Below, one piece after another: positions 11,657 through 23,520 of a stretch of DNA of 64,000 nt. Within the stretch, counting starts at the first letter, position 1, and each line of letters starts with the position of its first letter. The translations under genes and the position numbers were made by a program. The notes under the pieces were generated by a model, which saw only the letters and a list, made by a program, of their open reading frames with translations, was not told the origin of the DNA and did no database searches. This DNA comes from Tubulanus polymorphus (Eukaryota > Animalia > Nemertea). The stretch lies in the NCBI RefSeq assembly GCF_964204645.1, contig NC_134025.1, forward strand, positions 17,087,101-17,151,100, in the 5' to 3' direction.

Positions 11657-12310
11657 ATGGAATCAGAACAACCACAAACTATAAATATTACAAATAACAC
11701 CGGTGTTATAAATATATACTACAAGAAGTGTTCTAAATGTGAATTAGATAAATTAGCTTTAACAGAATTTAGTAAGCGTAAGATTAGCAAAGATGGTTTT
11801 CAATATTGCTGTAAAACTTGCACTAAACTATATACCAAACAATATCGAGAAGATAATAGAGAAGCTTATAATGATTATATGACAGAATATATGAGAGAAA
11901 GATATCAAACAGATCTTAATTTTAGATTGAAACAATGCTTAAGATCTAGATTAACACAATTATTCAACAAAGAAACGCATTCAGAAACACTATCTAATTT
12001 ATTGGGTTGTTCAGATGAATTTTTCATATCATGGATAATATATCAATTCGATGATAAAATGAAAATAGATAATTATGGTGAATACTTTCATATTGATCAC
12101 GTGTTGACGATTTCTAAATTAAACATGAATGATGAATACAATAAAAAACTTATTTGGAATTGGAAGAATCTAAGACCTTTAGAAAAGAAGGAAAATATAA
12201 TTAAATCTAACAAACTAGATATGAAATTATATTTAGATCAACTGGATAAAGCAAAGACATTTGTTGAATTATGGAATTCAACACATAATGAAAAATACGT
12301 TGAAGCTTAA
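11657..12310 (+). CDS. Zn-ribbon plus HNH (His-Me finger) endonuclease
   Basis: CSKC..F..KDG..CKTC N-terminus; HIDHV...NWKNLRPL...ENIIKSN C-terminal HNH-type motif; open 217 aa. Confidence 0.8.
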   Translation: MESEQPQTINITNNTGVINIYYKKCSKCELDKLALTEFSKRKISKDGFQYCCKTCTKLYTKQYREDNREAYNDYMTEYMRERYQTDLNFRLKQCLRSRLTQLFNKETHSETLSNLLGCSDEFFISWIIYQFDDKMKIDNYGEYFHIDHVLTISKLNMNDEYNKKLIWNWKNLRPLEKKENIIKSNKLDMKLYLDQLDKAKTFVELWNSTHNEKYVEA

Positions 12311-12899
12311 ACGCTTAGAAAACCGGTTACTCTCGATCTATGTCAAACCGCCTATATGTAATTGTATTAGGTTGTTTACAAAAACATCTGTGCCGTATTT
12401 CATATTCAGTTGAATGGGGCGCACCTCATTTGAATATTGATCGAATGTGCTATTTCAGTTGAAAAGAATTAATTAACTTCATCATAAAGAACATCTGTTA
12501 CAATCCAGGCAAACATGCAGAAGTAATTAGTTTGGTCGAACGTGCGCCACGTCGGCAGTTAGAAATTAACTTTCACATACATAGTACGTATTGGATACTC
12601 TCAAAACACAGTTTACAGTTCTAAATCTAAATGTAAGTACATATATTATGAAGTAGGGAAACCTTTAAACATATTTAAGTACAGTAATTCATTTTCACGA
12701 CATCTTTTAGATTAAAATGGAATACAAAGATAAACCAGAAATTCTAAGCCAACCATCGGAAAAGGAACTAATGCTTTTGGATAGTGAAACTCGTGAATCA
12801 ATAGAAATGGAGGATGAAACTCTCGTAACACACTGAAGGTCTTTGTAATATAGATATCAAAAATGTAATCTCGATTGTATATATCTGTTTTAATATTGT

Positions 12900-13255
12900 A
12901 TTGTTTACTGTTAACTAAGTATTGCGCAATAACCGGTCCGATTGAACCGCTTTTCTATTGTTCTCCATTGTTCTATTATTGATCGTTGTTAATGGCGGCG
13001 GTTGTTCTGTATTGATTGATTACTGTTAACTAAGTATTGCGCAATAACCGGTCCGATAGAACTGCTTTTCTATTGTGCTCCATTGTTCTATTATCGATCG
13101 TTGTTGACGGAAACAGCTGCTCAATATTGATTGGTTACAGTTCTATGTTTGAATGTTGTAGTTTACAGAAAAAAAATATAACTGTGTATTGCGCATTAAC
13201 CGGTCCGATTGGACCGCTTTTCTATTGTTCTCCATTGTTCTATTATCGATCGCTA
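12900..13255. repeat. Three imperfect tandem repeats
   Basis: TATTGCGCA.TAACCGGTCCGAT...GCTTTTCTATTG..CTCCATTGTTCTATTAT occurs three times. Confidence 0.8.
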
Positions 13256-13309
13256 AAATTTGTATAATAAATATATGTGTTTATGAAATAGTAATTCCAC
13301 CAGTCGTTT

Positions 13310-13384
13310 TTGATGGGTTTCGTCGTCAGACGAACCCATCTATGGCATCGTCGTCATGTCTGTCTGTCTGTCTGTCTGTCCGTC

Positions 13385-13420
<36 letters not shown>

Positions 13421-14100
13421 GATGTTTCTTTATGACACGATTTAAGCTGTTTGTGTGTGTGGACCGACAATTCTGTAATTTCACACAGGTATTCTCTACT
13501 TGATGTAGATGGTGCAGCTTGGTTTATATTTGATTCCGATGGTTATAAGTGCTCTAATTTGGTTAAAAGATAATTAACGTTACTCGCTAGTTCAAGCCGC
13601 TGTATAGCGCGTTGCTACGACGACGCTCGATCAACATACTGGTACTCGCTGTGTAATACTGAACACGTATATACCTGTAGATATTGATCGTACTAGCACC
13701 GGTTTTAGATAGCGCGCGCGCTGATCGGTCTTAACACTTCTCGGAACTGCTGTGCTAAATGCTGAGAGGCCGAATCTATGCGCAATCATTTATTGGGCTC
13801 GTCATATTTGATAGTGAATGGATAAATAACCGGTGTCAATGACGGTCGCTACTCCCCATCAGTATAAGAAATAATTCTTTCGAGTTTTTTTTTCAATCCC
13901 CGAAGTTGTTGTTACTATGTTGACCTCGCCGTTTTATAAGCTTACCGATGATTCTTCTAGTATTTTCAGGGTCACAAGACATGACGAAGTCGCAAAGTTT
14001 TGTACAAATTTCACGAAACAAACAATTATTTAGGCGGCACCTGATCTATTGATTAATTATGATAAATAATGTTTATTTCATTAAAAATTTGTTTTATTCA
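13310..14100 (+). mobile_element. Probable Helentron-associated interspersed element (hairpin plus GTCT microsatellite)
   Basis: GATGGGTTTCGTC..GACGAACCCATC hairpin followed by (GTCT/GTCC)n at 13357-13398; 3' boundary uncertain. Confidence 0.45.
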
Positions 14101-14912
14101 AACACTACTTTCATCGCACATAGCGTGATCGGTAGGCCCTACTATTCTACGGTAGGCCATGGACTCTTTCATGTGGTAGGCCTATTACAAATGATACAAT
14201 CCGCGTGTCCGTGAATAAGTGACACGTGTCGGGGCGGGTTGTGAGGAGCATCGAAACTAATCCGTCACAAATAATAGATAGAAAACAATACCTTAAGAGG
14301 TTAACTTTTATTAACATCATTACCAAATCAAAACCTGCACATCCTATCATAAATAGAAATTCTAAGAATTTATTTCAACGAATAATAAATTACGTCTAAA
14401 TATTGGGATTCGAACTCGTAGCATCGATTCAGGTGCCTTTCCCAAAGCGGGTATCCCGCGGGGAAAACCCATTACTATTTATATCGAGAATCGCCTTTTT
14501 GACAGCGAGTTCGGTGAATGAAACAGAAACAATTACACAGAAACCCATCATGGAAAGTTTCTTTCTGGTTTTGAATTTATTTTCAGTTTGAGGATTTATT
14601 ATCGAGGATCCGAAATGACTTTTCTGGACAGTTATAATTAAGATAGACAATAGTAGTGAGATATTAAATCCTAATTTAAATAAAATATAATAAAAAAACA
14701 ATAACTTCAACTGCTAGTGAATTCTATTATATTTTTAATATTTTCTTTTCAAAAAAGAATACTTTATATTTTGAATAGATTCAAATAGAAATTCTTTAAA
14801 TTCAAATAGCTAGTATCAGTAGTCAATACTAGAATTCTTTAACTTTAAGTATCTAGTATCATTTGAAGAATTATACTTATAATATTTTTCTTATTAAATT
14901 TCTCTAATATAA

Positions 14913-15518
14913 ATGTCAAAGAAATCTAATAAGAATAGTATTGATATTGAAAAAAAAATTAGATGATTTAGGTATTAGTGATAATAAGGATCCAGTTGTT
15001 TCTAATTCTATTCAAGTTAATAACAATATTGATTATGAATACTATTTATATTGTAAGCATCATCTAGAACTATTGATTGCTGGTGGAAAATCTTAAAGTT
15101 TTTAAATAGCATCATTACTTTTCAAGAATTATACTCTATGAAACCCGATAAAGTAATAAAATATTTTAAGATTTATGAAGAGGCAAGATTAGCCCGAATA
15201 AATGATTCTATTTCAGATGGTATTGTCAAATGTTATTCTAAGTTATGTAACCAGTTAATACCAATTAATGATGAAAATAAATTATATAGTGATTTGAAAA
15301 ATGACTATTTAGTTATGACTGAATTACAAAAATGGGTTGGTTATGCTTCATTTCAATTAGGATCTGTTATGACATTAATTTCTACTGGCGTCATTACATT
15401 TTCGAACATCAAACCTATGGAAAATAAATCAGGTAAGAATGAAACAGATGTACTACAACCAAACGTCGAAACAGAAAATGAATCAGAACAAAAATTAACT
15501 AAAATAAATGAGTGGTGA
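14913..15518 (+). pseudogene. Conserved Polinton hypothetical protein (about 200 aa), disrupted
   Basis: Homolog of intact ORFs 31678..32286 and 57259..57864 (DLKNDYLVM.EL.KW.GY.SFQLG). Confidence 0.8.
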
Positions 15519-15876
15519 TGTTAAGAAAAAGCCTAGATCCGAGAAACAAATTAAATGGGCAAGAGAATTAGGTAAAAGATCTTCAGAATTAAAAAAAGCT
15601 AAGAAAAAGAAATTAACTGATATAAATGAATCACAGACTTTATCTGATATTGATTCAAATAATAATCCATCTGATTCTTCTAATGCTGGAAGTAATTATG
15701 AATTATATATTACAATTGGATTAGTAACAGTTATTATATTATCCGGTGTAATATATAAATCAAAATTCAAATCTGATGATAAAGATGATTCCAATGACAA
15801 TAAACCTATTATACCAGAAAATAAGTCAAATCATAAAGTCATTGAAACTAAATCTAAATTACTATTAATGGATTAA
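15508..15876 (+). CDS. Small basic protein with one TM segment
   Basis: KKKPRSEKQIKW; hydrophobic LYITIGLVTVIILSGVIY; homologs at 31318 and 56958. Confidence 0.75.
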   Translation: MSGDVKKKPRSEKQIKWARELGKRSSELKKAKKKKLTDINESQTLSDIDSNNNPSDSSNAGSNYELYITIGLVTVIILSGVIYKSKFKSDDKDDSNDNKPIIPENKSNHKVIETKSKLLLMD

Positions 15877-15882
15877 AATAAG

Positions 15883-16995
15883 ATGGAAAAAGAACAATAT
15901 TTAAGAGATTTATATTATAACCCAGAAAGTGAAGTATCATATTCTAACGTTTCAGAATTATGGAATAAAATTAAATCTGATAATGAAAATGGTAATGGTG
16001 CCGTATGGCACCCACACGGTGATATAAAATATAGTGAATTAAAATCATGGTTACAAAATCAACCAACATATCAAATCCACAAGAAAATGGATAAAACTTA
16101 TTTAACAAGAAAAGTTATGGTTTCATATATCGATCAACAATGGCAAGCTGATTTAATTGACATGAAGAACTTAGAGGAATACAACAAAGGATATTTCTGG
16201 ATATTAAATTTTATAGACATATTCAGTAGATACGCATGGTCAATTCCAATCAAAAATAAAACTGGTATAGAAGTAACAAATGCTTTTAAATCAATATTTA
16301 AAGAAGCTATTCCAGATAAGATACAATTTGATGAAGGTAAGGAATTTTATAACAAACATTTTAAAAAACTATTATCTGATAACGATGTAGACTATTTTTC
16401 AACACATTCAGATAAAAAAGCATCTATTATAGAAAGATTTAATAAAACATTGAATACTAGAATGTGGAAATATTTTACTGCTAATGAAACATATAAATAT
16501 ATCGATGTATTAGATGATTTAGTGAAAGGTTATAATAATTCTAAACATAGTTCTATAAATATGAAACCTATACAAGCTAGAAAAGAAGATATTTCGGAAA
16601 TAGTTTGGAATAATTTATATGGAGCATTTGTTACACATGATTTCGGCGAACCTAAATTTAAAATAGGACAACACGTTAGAATATCTAAATATAGAAAAAC
16701 ATTTTATAAAGGTTATACCCCAAATTTTACTGAAGAAATATTTGAAATTAAAAAGATAATATTAACTAAACCATTTGTTTATAAATTAGAAGATCTAAAA
16801 GATGAAGAAATATTAGGTTATTTGTATGAACAGGAATTATCACTTGTACCAAATCCAGATGAAATAGAATACAAAATAGAAAAAGTATTGAAAACAAAAA
16901 CTCTTAAAGGAAAAGAGTATTCTTTGGTGAAATATAAAGGATATATGATGATAAATTTAATGAATGGATTTTATCTAGTAAAATTAAAAAAATAA
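15883..16995 (+). CDS. int: Retroviral-like (rve) integrase with C-terminal chromodomain; late frameshift
   Basis: WQADLIDM, IDIFSRYAW, QFDEGKEF, IERFNKTL (DDE); YKIEKVL..LVKYKGY chromo start, frameshift near 16945. Confidence 0.93.
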   Translation: MEKEQYLRDLYYNPESEVSYSNVSELWNKIKSDNENGNGAVWHPHGDIKYSELKSWLQNQPTYQIHKKMDKTYLTRKVMVSYIDQQWQADLIDMKNLEEYNKGYFWILNFIDIFSRYAWSIPIKNKTGIEVTNAFKSIFKEAIPDKIQFDEGKEFYNKHFKKLLSDNDVDYFSTHSDKKASIIERFNKTLNTRMWKYFTANETYKYIDVLDDLVKGYNNSKHSSINMKPIQARKEDISEIVWNNLYGAFVTHDFGEPKFKIGQHVRISKYRKTFYKGYTPNFTEEIFEIKKIILTKPFVYKLEDLKDEEILGYLYEQELSLVPNPDEIEYKIEKVLKTKTLKGKEYSLVKYKGYMMINLMNGFYLVKLKK

Positions 16996-17607
16996 ATGAA
17001 TAAAGATTTATTTATATTTGAACCGCATAATATGTTAGTTACTGGTGTAACAAACTGTGGTAAAACACATTTCATATTAGATTTGTTAGAAACTATTTAT
17101 AAGAATCATTTTGATAATGTAATATTATTCTGTCCTACTTATGAAATGAATAAAACATATAATAGAGATATAGTTAAAATAAAAAAGTTTATTATATTAG
17201 ATCCTAAAACAGTAAAAGAAAATTTAGATAATTGTATTAAAAAAGCAATTGATACTTATAAAGGATCAAATACATTATTCATTATAGATGATTGCGCAAA
17301 CTTACATGATTCAAAAGTTAGAGAAAGTGAGTTATGTTATCTAGCTTTCTCTGGGAGACATTTTGGGATAACAACATGGGTTTTAAATCAAAAATATAAT
17401 TCGATTGTTAAAGACTTTAGGGAGAATATAAGATTTCTAGTTTTATTTTATAACAAAGATAAAAAATCTATGCAACAATCATTGGAAGAAAATCAAATTA
17501 TACCTACTGAGTTACATGATGAATATATGAATAAATTAAAGAATAATAAAGGTTCAAAACTATTACTGAGATTACAATTTCCCTATGAATATAAATTTAT
17601 AAAATAA
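16996..17607 (+). CDS. A32/FtsK-HerA-like genome packaging ATPase
   Basis: Walker A GVTNCGKT, Walker B LFIIDD, GRH and NQKY motifs; intact 203 aa. Confidence 0.92.
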   Translation: MNKDLFIFEPHNMLVTGVTNCGKTHFILDLLETIYKNHFDNVILFCPTYEMNKTYNRDIVKIKKFIILDPKTVKENLDNCIKKAIDTYKGSNTLFIIDDCANLHDSKVRESELCYLAFSGRHFGITTWVLNQKYNSIVKDFRENIRFLVLFYNKDKKSMQQSLEENQIIPTELHDEYMNKLKNNKGSKLLLRLQFPYEYKFIK

Positions 17608-17649
17608 CTATTTATAATTTTGAATATTATAGAAACTAATTTATATACC

Positions 17650-17893
17650 TATGTACTAGACGTACGAGTAAGAAAGTAAGATTCTTACCTTTTTACTTTC
17701 TTGGCAAGAATCTTGGATTCTTACGTACGTCTAGTCCATAGAAATATGAATTATTAAATGAAATATATAATAATGAATAAATCATATATTAAAACTATGT
17801 TTATAATTTATGTTTATAATTTATGTTTATAATTTATATTTCTTGGTAAGGATTCTTGGATTCTTACTTTCTTACTCATACGTCTAGTGCATA
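17650..17893. repeat. Inverted and direct repeat cassette between convergent genes
   Basis: CTAGACGTACGAGTAAGAAAGTAAGA pairs with TCTTACTTTCTTACTCATACGTCTAG; (ATGTTTATAATTT)x3 inside. Confidence 0.7.
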
Positions 17894-17937
17894 GATATAT
17901 AAATATTTTTATAGATATATAGATAGTTTTACAATAA

Positions 17938-18315
17938 TTATTCTAATTTTGTTTCTAATACATTTATAAAATCATCTTTGTTTATATCAAATTCATCAGA
18001 AGTCTTTGGCATATTTATTAATTCTATTTCACTCTTCATTCTACGTTCATCATCACTTAATCCAGCTTTTATTCTTAATTTTTCAAAGTAATCATAAGAA
18101 TTATCACCATCAAAATCAAATTTAAAATCATTTATTAAATTAAATAAATCTAGGTATCCATTATACGCTAATTTATATATTTGGTCAGGATTATCTTCTG
18201 CATAAGCTAATAATTTATCAAATAACAACTTAAAGAATATATGATATTGTTTAGTTTCAGGATTAAAATATTTGATATATTTCTTTGGTTCATCTAACAA
18301 TGGTAACATACCCAC
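17938..18315 (-). pseudogene. Unknown Polinton cargo ORF, 5'-truncated by transposon
   Basis: 125-aa open frame with virus-like composition running up to the TIR at 18337; no homolog in window. Confidence 0.45.
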
Positions 18316-18439
18316 TTTTTTATAAACATTAATTAGAACACATTATTATTCGAAAATGGAATTATTAAATTCATGGAATCAATTGTAAAGCTGAAAAAAG
18401 AAAAACGGTTATGCTTCGGTCAAAGGAATGATAGAGAAA

Positions 18440-18787
18440 TGATATATAGAAGATGAGCTAGATAGCTTACAGTGAAACATATGCTCCGGAAATTTGAGCG
18501 CATATTTGAAACTCTACATTAGTAAATATGGCCTTCGTGATTAATCCAGATGGTCATTGTTTTTGCCAACGTGGCCTTCGTGATCATCAATTGTGATCGT
18601 TCAATTGACGTGGCCATCTGAGAGTATAAATACACTTGTCGTGGACTCTCTCTTGTTCTCTCTCTTGTTCTGGACTCTTGTTCTAGCTCTCGCAACAGCT
18701 CGGTCGGCTCAATAAACTGAATTAACTAACAACCACATTTCTTGTCAATTCTCTGAGCTAGGAATTTCACTACGGAACCCTATATCA
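18440..18787 (+). mobile_element. Solo LTR (Gypsy-like)
   Basis: TGATATA...TATATCA ends, GAAA 4-bp TSD, TATAAAT and AATAAA inside; absent from the duplicate copy near 38950. Confidence 0.85.
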
Positions 18788-21700
18788 GAAATTGTTACCT
18801 AGCAGTGCGGGTTTGCGTAGAACGTGTGATTCAGCTGTTAGCACTGACCGAGGCTACAATATTGTAACCTAGGTCGGTTCACTGCACAACTTTTTTTGTA
18901 AACACTGACCGAGGCTACAATATTGTAGCCTAGGTCGGTTCACTGCATGACCTTTGCTTGCGATTACTGGCCCAACCCCAGTCGGTTGTTTTTACAGTAT
19001 TTGAAGTACTGGCTAATTGGATGTTTCCATAAATAAACAGTATTTTGAAGATGGACAGAGAGAATCTGTTTTTTATTTCGTCTTGAGAAGGTCCTACTGT
19101 TCAAAATATGAATTGAAATATAAAGGATGGAGTTAGTTTCCTTTACCAATACTGTATTTATGCTTTTAATCATGAAGGATAATTGTGTTATAGCAATTAT
19201 AGTGATAACCTACGACAGTTTCAAATTCACGTATTAGAAAACGACAATTATCTTTAAATTCCAAATTTCATTTGGAAAGCGGCGTTTATGCGCACAATTC
19301 CTAATATGTCAGAATTCCGAAAACTAGGGATTCACACGGTTAGAATGTTAACTAAATAAGTTTCGTCCGAGCAACGGCGAAACTTCACGGGTTGGTGCGG
19401 TCTGTGCGCCGTATGAACGGGTTTTTGGTATCAAATGTAAAATACCGGCCGTGTACATGTTCGGATTTGTACCGATACATTGAGTTTAGTTCAATTTTTG
19501 GATCATTATAGTTTAGGAGCTCTGTGTGACGTCACTCAGCGCGCTGATCAAAAATAGTCTGCACACTGTGAGCATCACATGTTGCTTGGTTTTAAAGGAC
19601 AGTGTGCTAATTGACTATACATGAAAATGGGCTTGACCAAAATTTTCTTCCTGACAGAGCAATGTATAATCGCACTGACATAGCTGTCTTGCTAGGTTGA
19701 AGGGTGTTTGAACTTCGCCGAATTCAGTTAAAATTCAATTAAACACAATAATTAATAAAATCTTATTGACGGAAATTTACCGCTATATTTAGGTTATTTT
19801 TCAGTACGTTTTAAAATTACATTGATTTCATCGTTCGAGAGGTCACTGATGGGCGCAAAAGAATTTATATTGAGTCCAGTTGGGAGAATATTCCCTTACT
19901 TTAGGGTGATTTAGTATTTTATGAATCAAGAAATTATTTACAATGGACTAATTTTCCGCTAGCAGCAAAACAACACACTGTTATCTGAACTGTCAATCAT
20001 TACGTCGTGTCTAAATAAATATGCGTGATTTCCACGCGAGAACCAAACAAGACGGTTGTTAGTAGACGTACTCAAGTTGGATGGTCAGGAGTCAACAACG
20101 GTTTAAATAATTTATAAAAACAGATGTAAGCAGTTGTAAACTTGTGAACAGAGGAAATATCAACATATATACATTATTGTGTCTAACTTTCTCCTGTCTG
20201 GTTTTATGTTAAATATATCCCGAACAAAGATTTTGTTTGAATAAATATTCAAATATCGATCCGGAAGAGCAATGCGGCCAACAACATTTTATTTTGAGTT
20301 GAAATAATGACCTGTTGACTCGGTAAGACGGCTGTTCGATTTACCGGGTGCGCACTACTATGTTTTAAATGGCTATGAAAACGGAGTCGAACCAAGAACA
20401 GCAATTAAGCTTGATGTCTCGTTTCCCTCACAGTTGACATATCAGAATCAGTTTTCTCAAAATCTGTTTCTTACCGAAGTCCTTGATTCGTGCTTGAATA
20501 TGTACATAAGATTTTACAAATGAAACCAAAGATATAACAAGAATTGAGGTCTTGGTTATTCGGTGACAAGTCGAATCGTTTGGAACTAAGAAAAATCCTC
20601 AGACTTAGAAAAGTCTGCCTTAGGTTGAATTTCAGATAAGTACGATTACTAATTGTTTCTGTTATCGGAAATTAAATCAACATCTACATCTAATGTATCT
20701 ATTGATACGAAACGGTTTTAGGACCGTAGATTGATTGAAAGTTACGGAGAGGGAGGGGTAGCTCTATCGCATTAAAACATTATTGCTCAGTTATACAGAT
20801 GGCATTCATCCATTTAGCTCAAACAACAAACACACTTCTGCGCAGAAAAATACCAAGGCTATATATGCTTAATTATGTATTTTATTGATACAGACAATAA
20901 AATCGCTGTCCGCGTTTTGTCCCCTTGCTTAAGTCACTTACGTTTGTTGTCTAATACAAATTAATACAGGTCAGCAGAACTTGAGGGCTTCCACCGTTGA
21001 GTAGTAGCCTATCTGTAATGAGGCCTGATCAGGCACATGTGTTATATTAGAAATACAATATGACTTTTCAATTTTTTAGGCGAAACGTTGCCTTAAATAT
21101 ATTCCCCGCGTCTTGATTTTCTTGAGGGATTTCTCTTGATTGTTAAAACAATATCAAATCATCCTGTCTCAAAAAGTATGAAATCTAGGCTGAAATATGT
21201 AGCCCATTTGGAATTGGATGAAATGTTCAAAATAAGCCATTCGACCCTGTCATCAAACATATCATTGTTCTTTAAAACACTTGTTAAATATCGGAGCATT
21301 TTTAAGCCGAGCTTCAAACATTTCGATTCCTGAACTAAAATAATTATGCGGCAGGTAATTATCCAAGACTATATGACTATGAATATGTTTTTTAGGTGAC
21401 TGTTTAAGGTGTTCCTTTTATCCGGGAAGGATTTGTTTCAATCTCACTTTTAAGATATCAACTGTGAAAAGTAACGGTATCGAGTAATCGCTGGCAGATT
21501 TAGCAGTTAAAATCGTCACATTTTTTTAATGTTTGCGTTGATGAAGGCGATTAGAGGGACACATGGCATCCACTGCTTTAAAACAGTAGATAGATTTCTG
21601 GAGATATAAAGTTTGGATGCTCTGATGAACTCTATCAGCTGTTGGTTGGTTAAAGCATAGCAGTGCTAAATTTCTACGGTTATAGTACATTGCAGGTGAC

Positions 21701-21959
21701 CCAAATGATTCGCCTGCTGCCTGGGTACTATAAACCTGGTACCTACGATCGAGCATGGACTCGTTTAGATGGATGTCTGGGCGTTATAGTACAGTGTTCA
21801 TGACTATAGACCCGGGTGACCACCTGCCTGAAAATCTCATAGCGGTGGTAACGCGTATATCTTTGCTGCACACCGATCTCCTTGAGGTCAAAATGCTATT
21901 TTTGTGAAGAAGTACACGGGCCTCTCCATACTCTGATACTTTGAACGCAGGATACATAA

Positions 21960-23520
21960 ATATTTAACTAATACTTTTAAACAAGATTTCTTCAGAATAA
22001 AAACTACGTCCAAATATCTGGCTAAAGTACTCCCCGGCTCTGGGTACTTTTTCTGATTCTCACATTCGGCACAATATGGATCTTTTAGACAAACTCAAAA
22101 ATCTCAAACCTGATGGCCAAGAATTTATATCTTTCGACGCTATATCCTTGTTTACAAATATACCATTGGAACCAACTCTCAATTTATGAAGAAGAAAACT
22201 CCCGGACTCCAATCTTGATCTTCCGATTCCTGTAGATTGCTTACTTGAACTTTTAGAGCTCTGTACAACCAATCTATACTTCCAATTCCAAGACAAATTC
22301 TATGAACAAATTTTCGGTTTCGCTATGGGTAACCCATAATCCCCCATTTTGGCTAATCTTTTCCTTGAACATCTTGAATCCGAAATTCTTCCCAATTACG
22401 CTGGCTCTAAACCTAACTTTTAGATGTGTTGATGACATTCTGTGCTTAGTTTCTGATAATTTTGATCTTAACTCTTTTATTGACTTCATCAACTCTCAAT
22501 ATCCATCTTTGAAATTCACATTTGAATGGGAACAAAATGACCAAATTCCGTTTTTAGATGTTCTAATCCACAATAAATACTCTCATTTGTTTTTTTCAGT
22601 CTACCGTAAACCGATCAACGCTGAGGCATATCTCCATTTCTTTTCGTTTACTGCTAAAATCAAAATTGGTCTCGCTCAAGGCTTCTTTCTCCGTGCACTG
22701 TGGATCTGCGATGAAACCTTCCTTTCGGCTGAATTTGACCATATATCCAACTCTCTTAAAAAATTGGCTTACCCTGATCACATTTTGAAAATCGCTATTT
22801 CTAAGGCTAAACGTACTTTCTTTAACTCTAAACCTCCAGAAAATAAAAAACACATTTCAGAATTCATTGTAGTTCCGTATGTACCTGTTTTGGAAAAGTT
22901 TCGTCACTCTCTCCCTTAAATGGATAAACAAATCATTTTCACGTATGAAAACAAAATTAGCAAGACTTTGGTAAAAAACAATCAATCTAAACCTTTGGAC
23001 TGCGGAGTTTACGAAATTCCATGTTTTGGCTGTGATAAAATGTACTTTGGAGAAACTGGTCGTGATTTAAAAACTCGAATTTCGGAACACAAAAGGATAT
23101 CATATATCAAAAACCGGCTAGTGGCGTAGCCAATCACGTTTGGAACACTGATCATCGTTTTAATTTTGAAAGCCGAAATTATTTATACTTCCAGCAATTA
23201 CACTAAACGCCACATAGTTGAGTCTGCCCTAATTACTCGTCACTCAGATATTAGTACCAATTTAAATAATGGCTTTTCTCCCAACAATTCCATTACTCCA
23301 TGCCTTGCCAAACACTAATTAGTTACTCACTCACCAATTTACTCAATTAACCTGTTCTCCTCTTTATATATACCCCTGTTTTTAGTCAATTTCTCACACC
23401 TGACGATGATCTCTAGTGTGAGATTGAAACGTCGTGTTCTTAAATTTTAGATTGTTTCAATAAATAATTCTCGATTTTAGATTTCTTTTAATTTTTAAAT
23501 AGTGGGTTTTTATCTTACGT
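21960..23520 (+). mobile_element. Penelope-like retroelement (RT plus GIY-YIG), 5'-truncated and decayed
   Basis: SFDAISLFTNIP, GFAMGNP, RCVDD, PFLDV, VYRKP; CGVYEIPC..C...YFGETGR.LKTRISEH. Confidence 0.92.
23396..23437 (+). ncRNA. Minimal hammerhead ribozyme in Penelope pseudo-LTR
   Basis: ACAC-CTGACGA-tGATCTC(TAGTGT)GAGATT-GAAAC-GTC-GTGT: core CUGANGA/GAAA, stems I and II, short palindromic stem III. Confidence 0.75.

Larger units (their letters stand above)
11018..18336 (+). mobile_element. Polinton element B, left arm
   Basis: Starts AGTAATAGGG with a 407-bp fold-back; carries HNH, two conserved ORFs, integrase and ATPase; second end not found. Confidence 0.8.
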
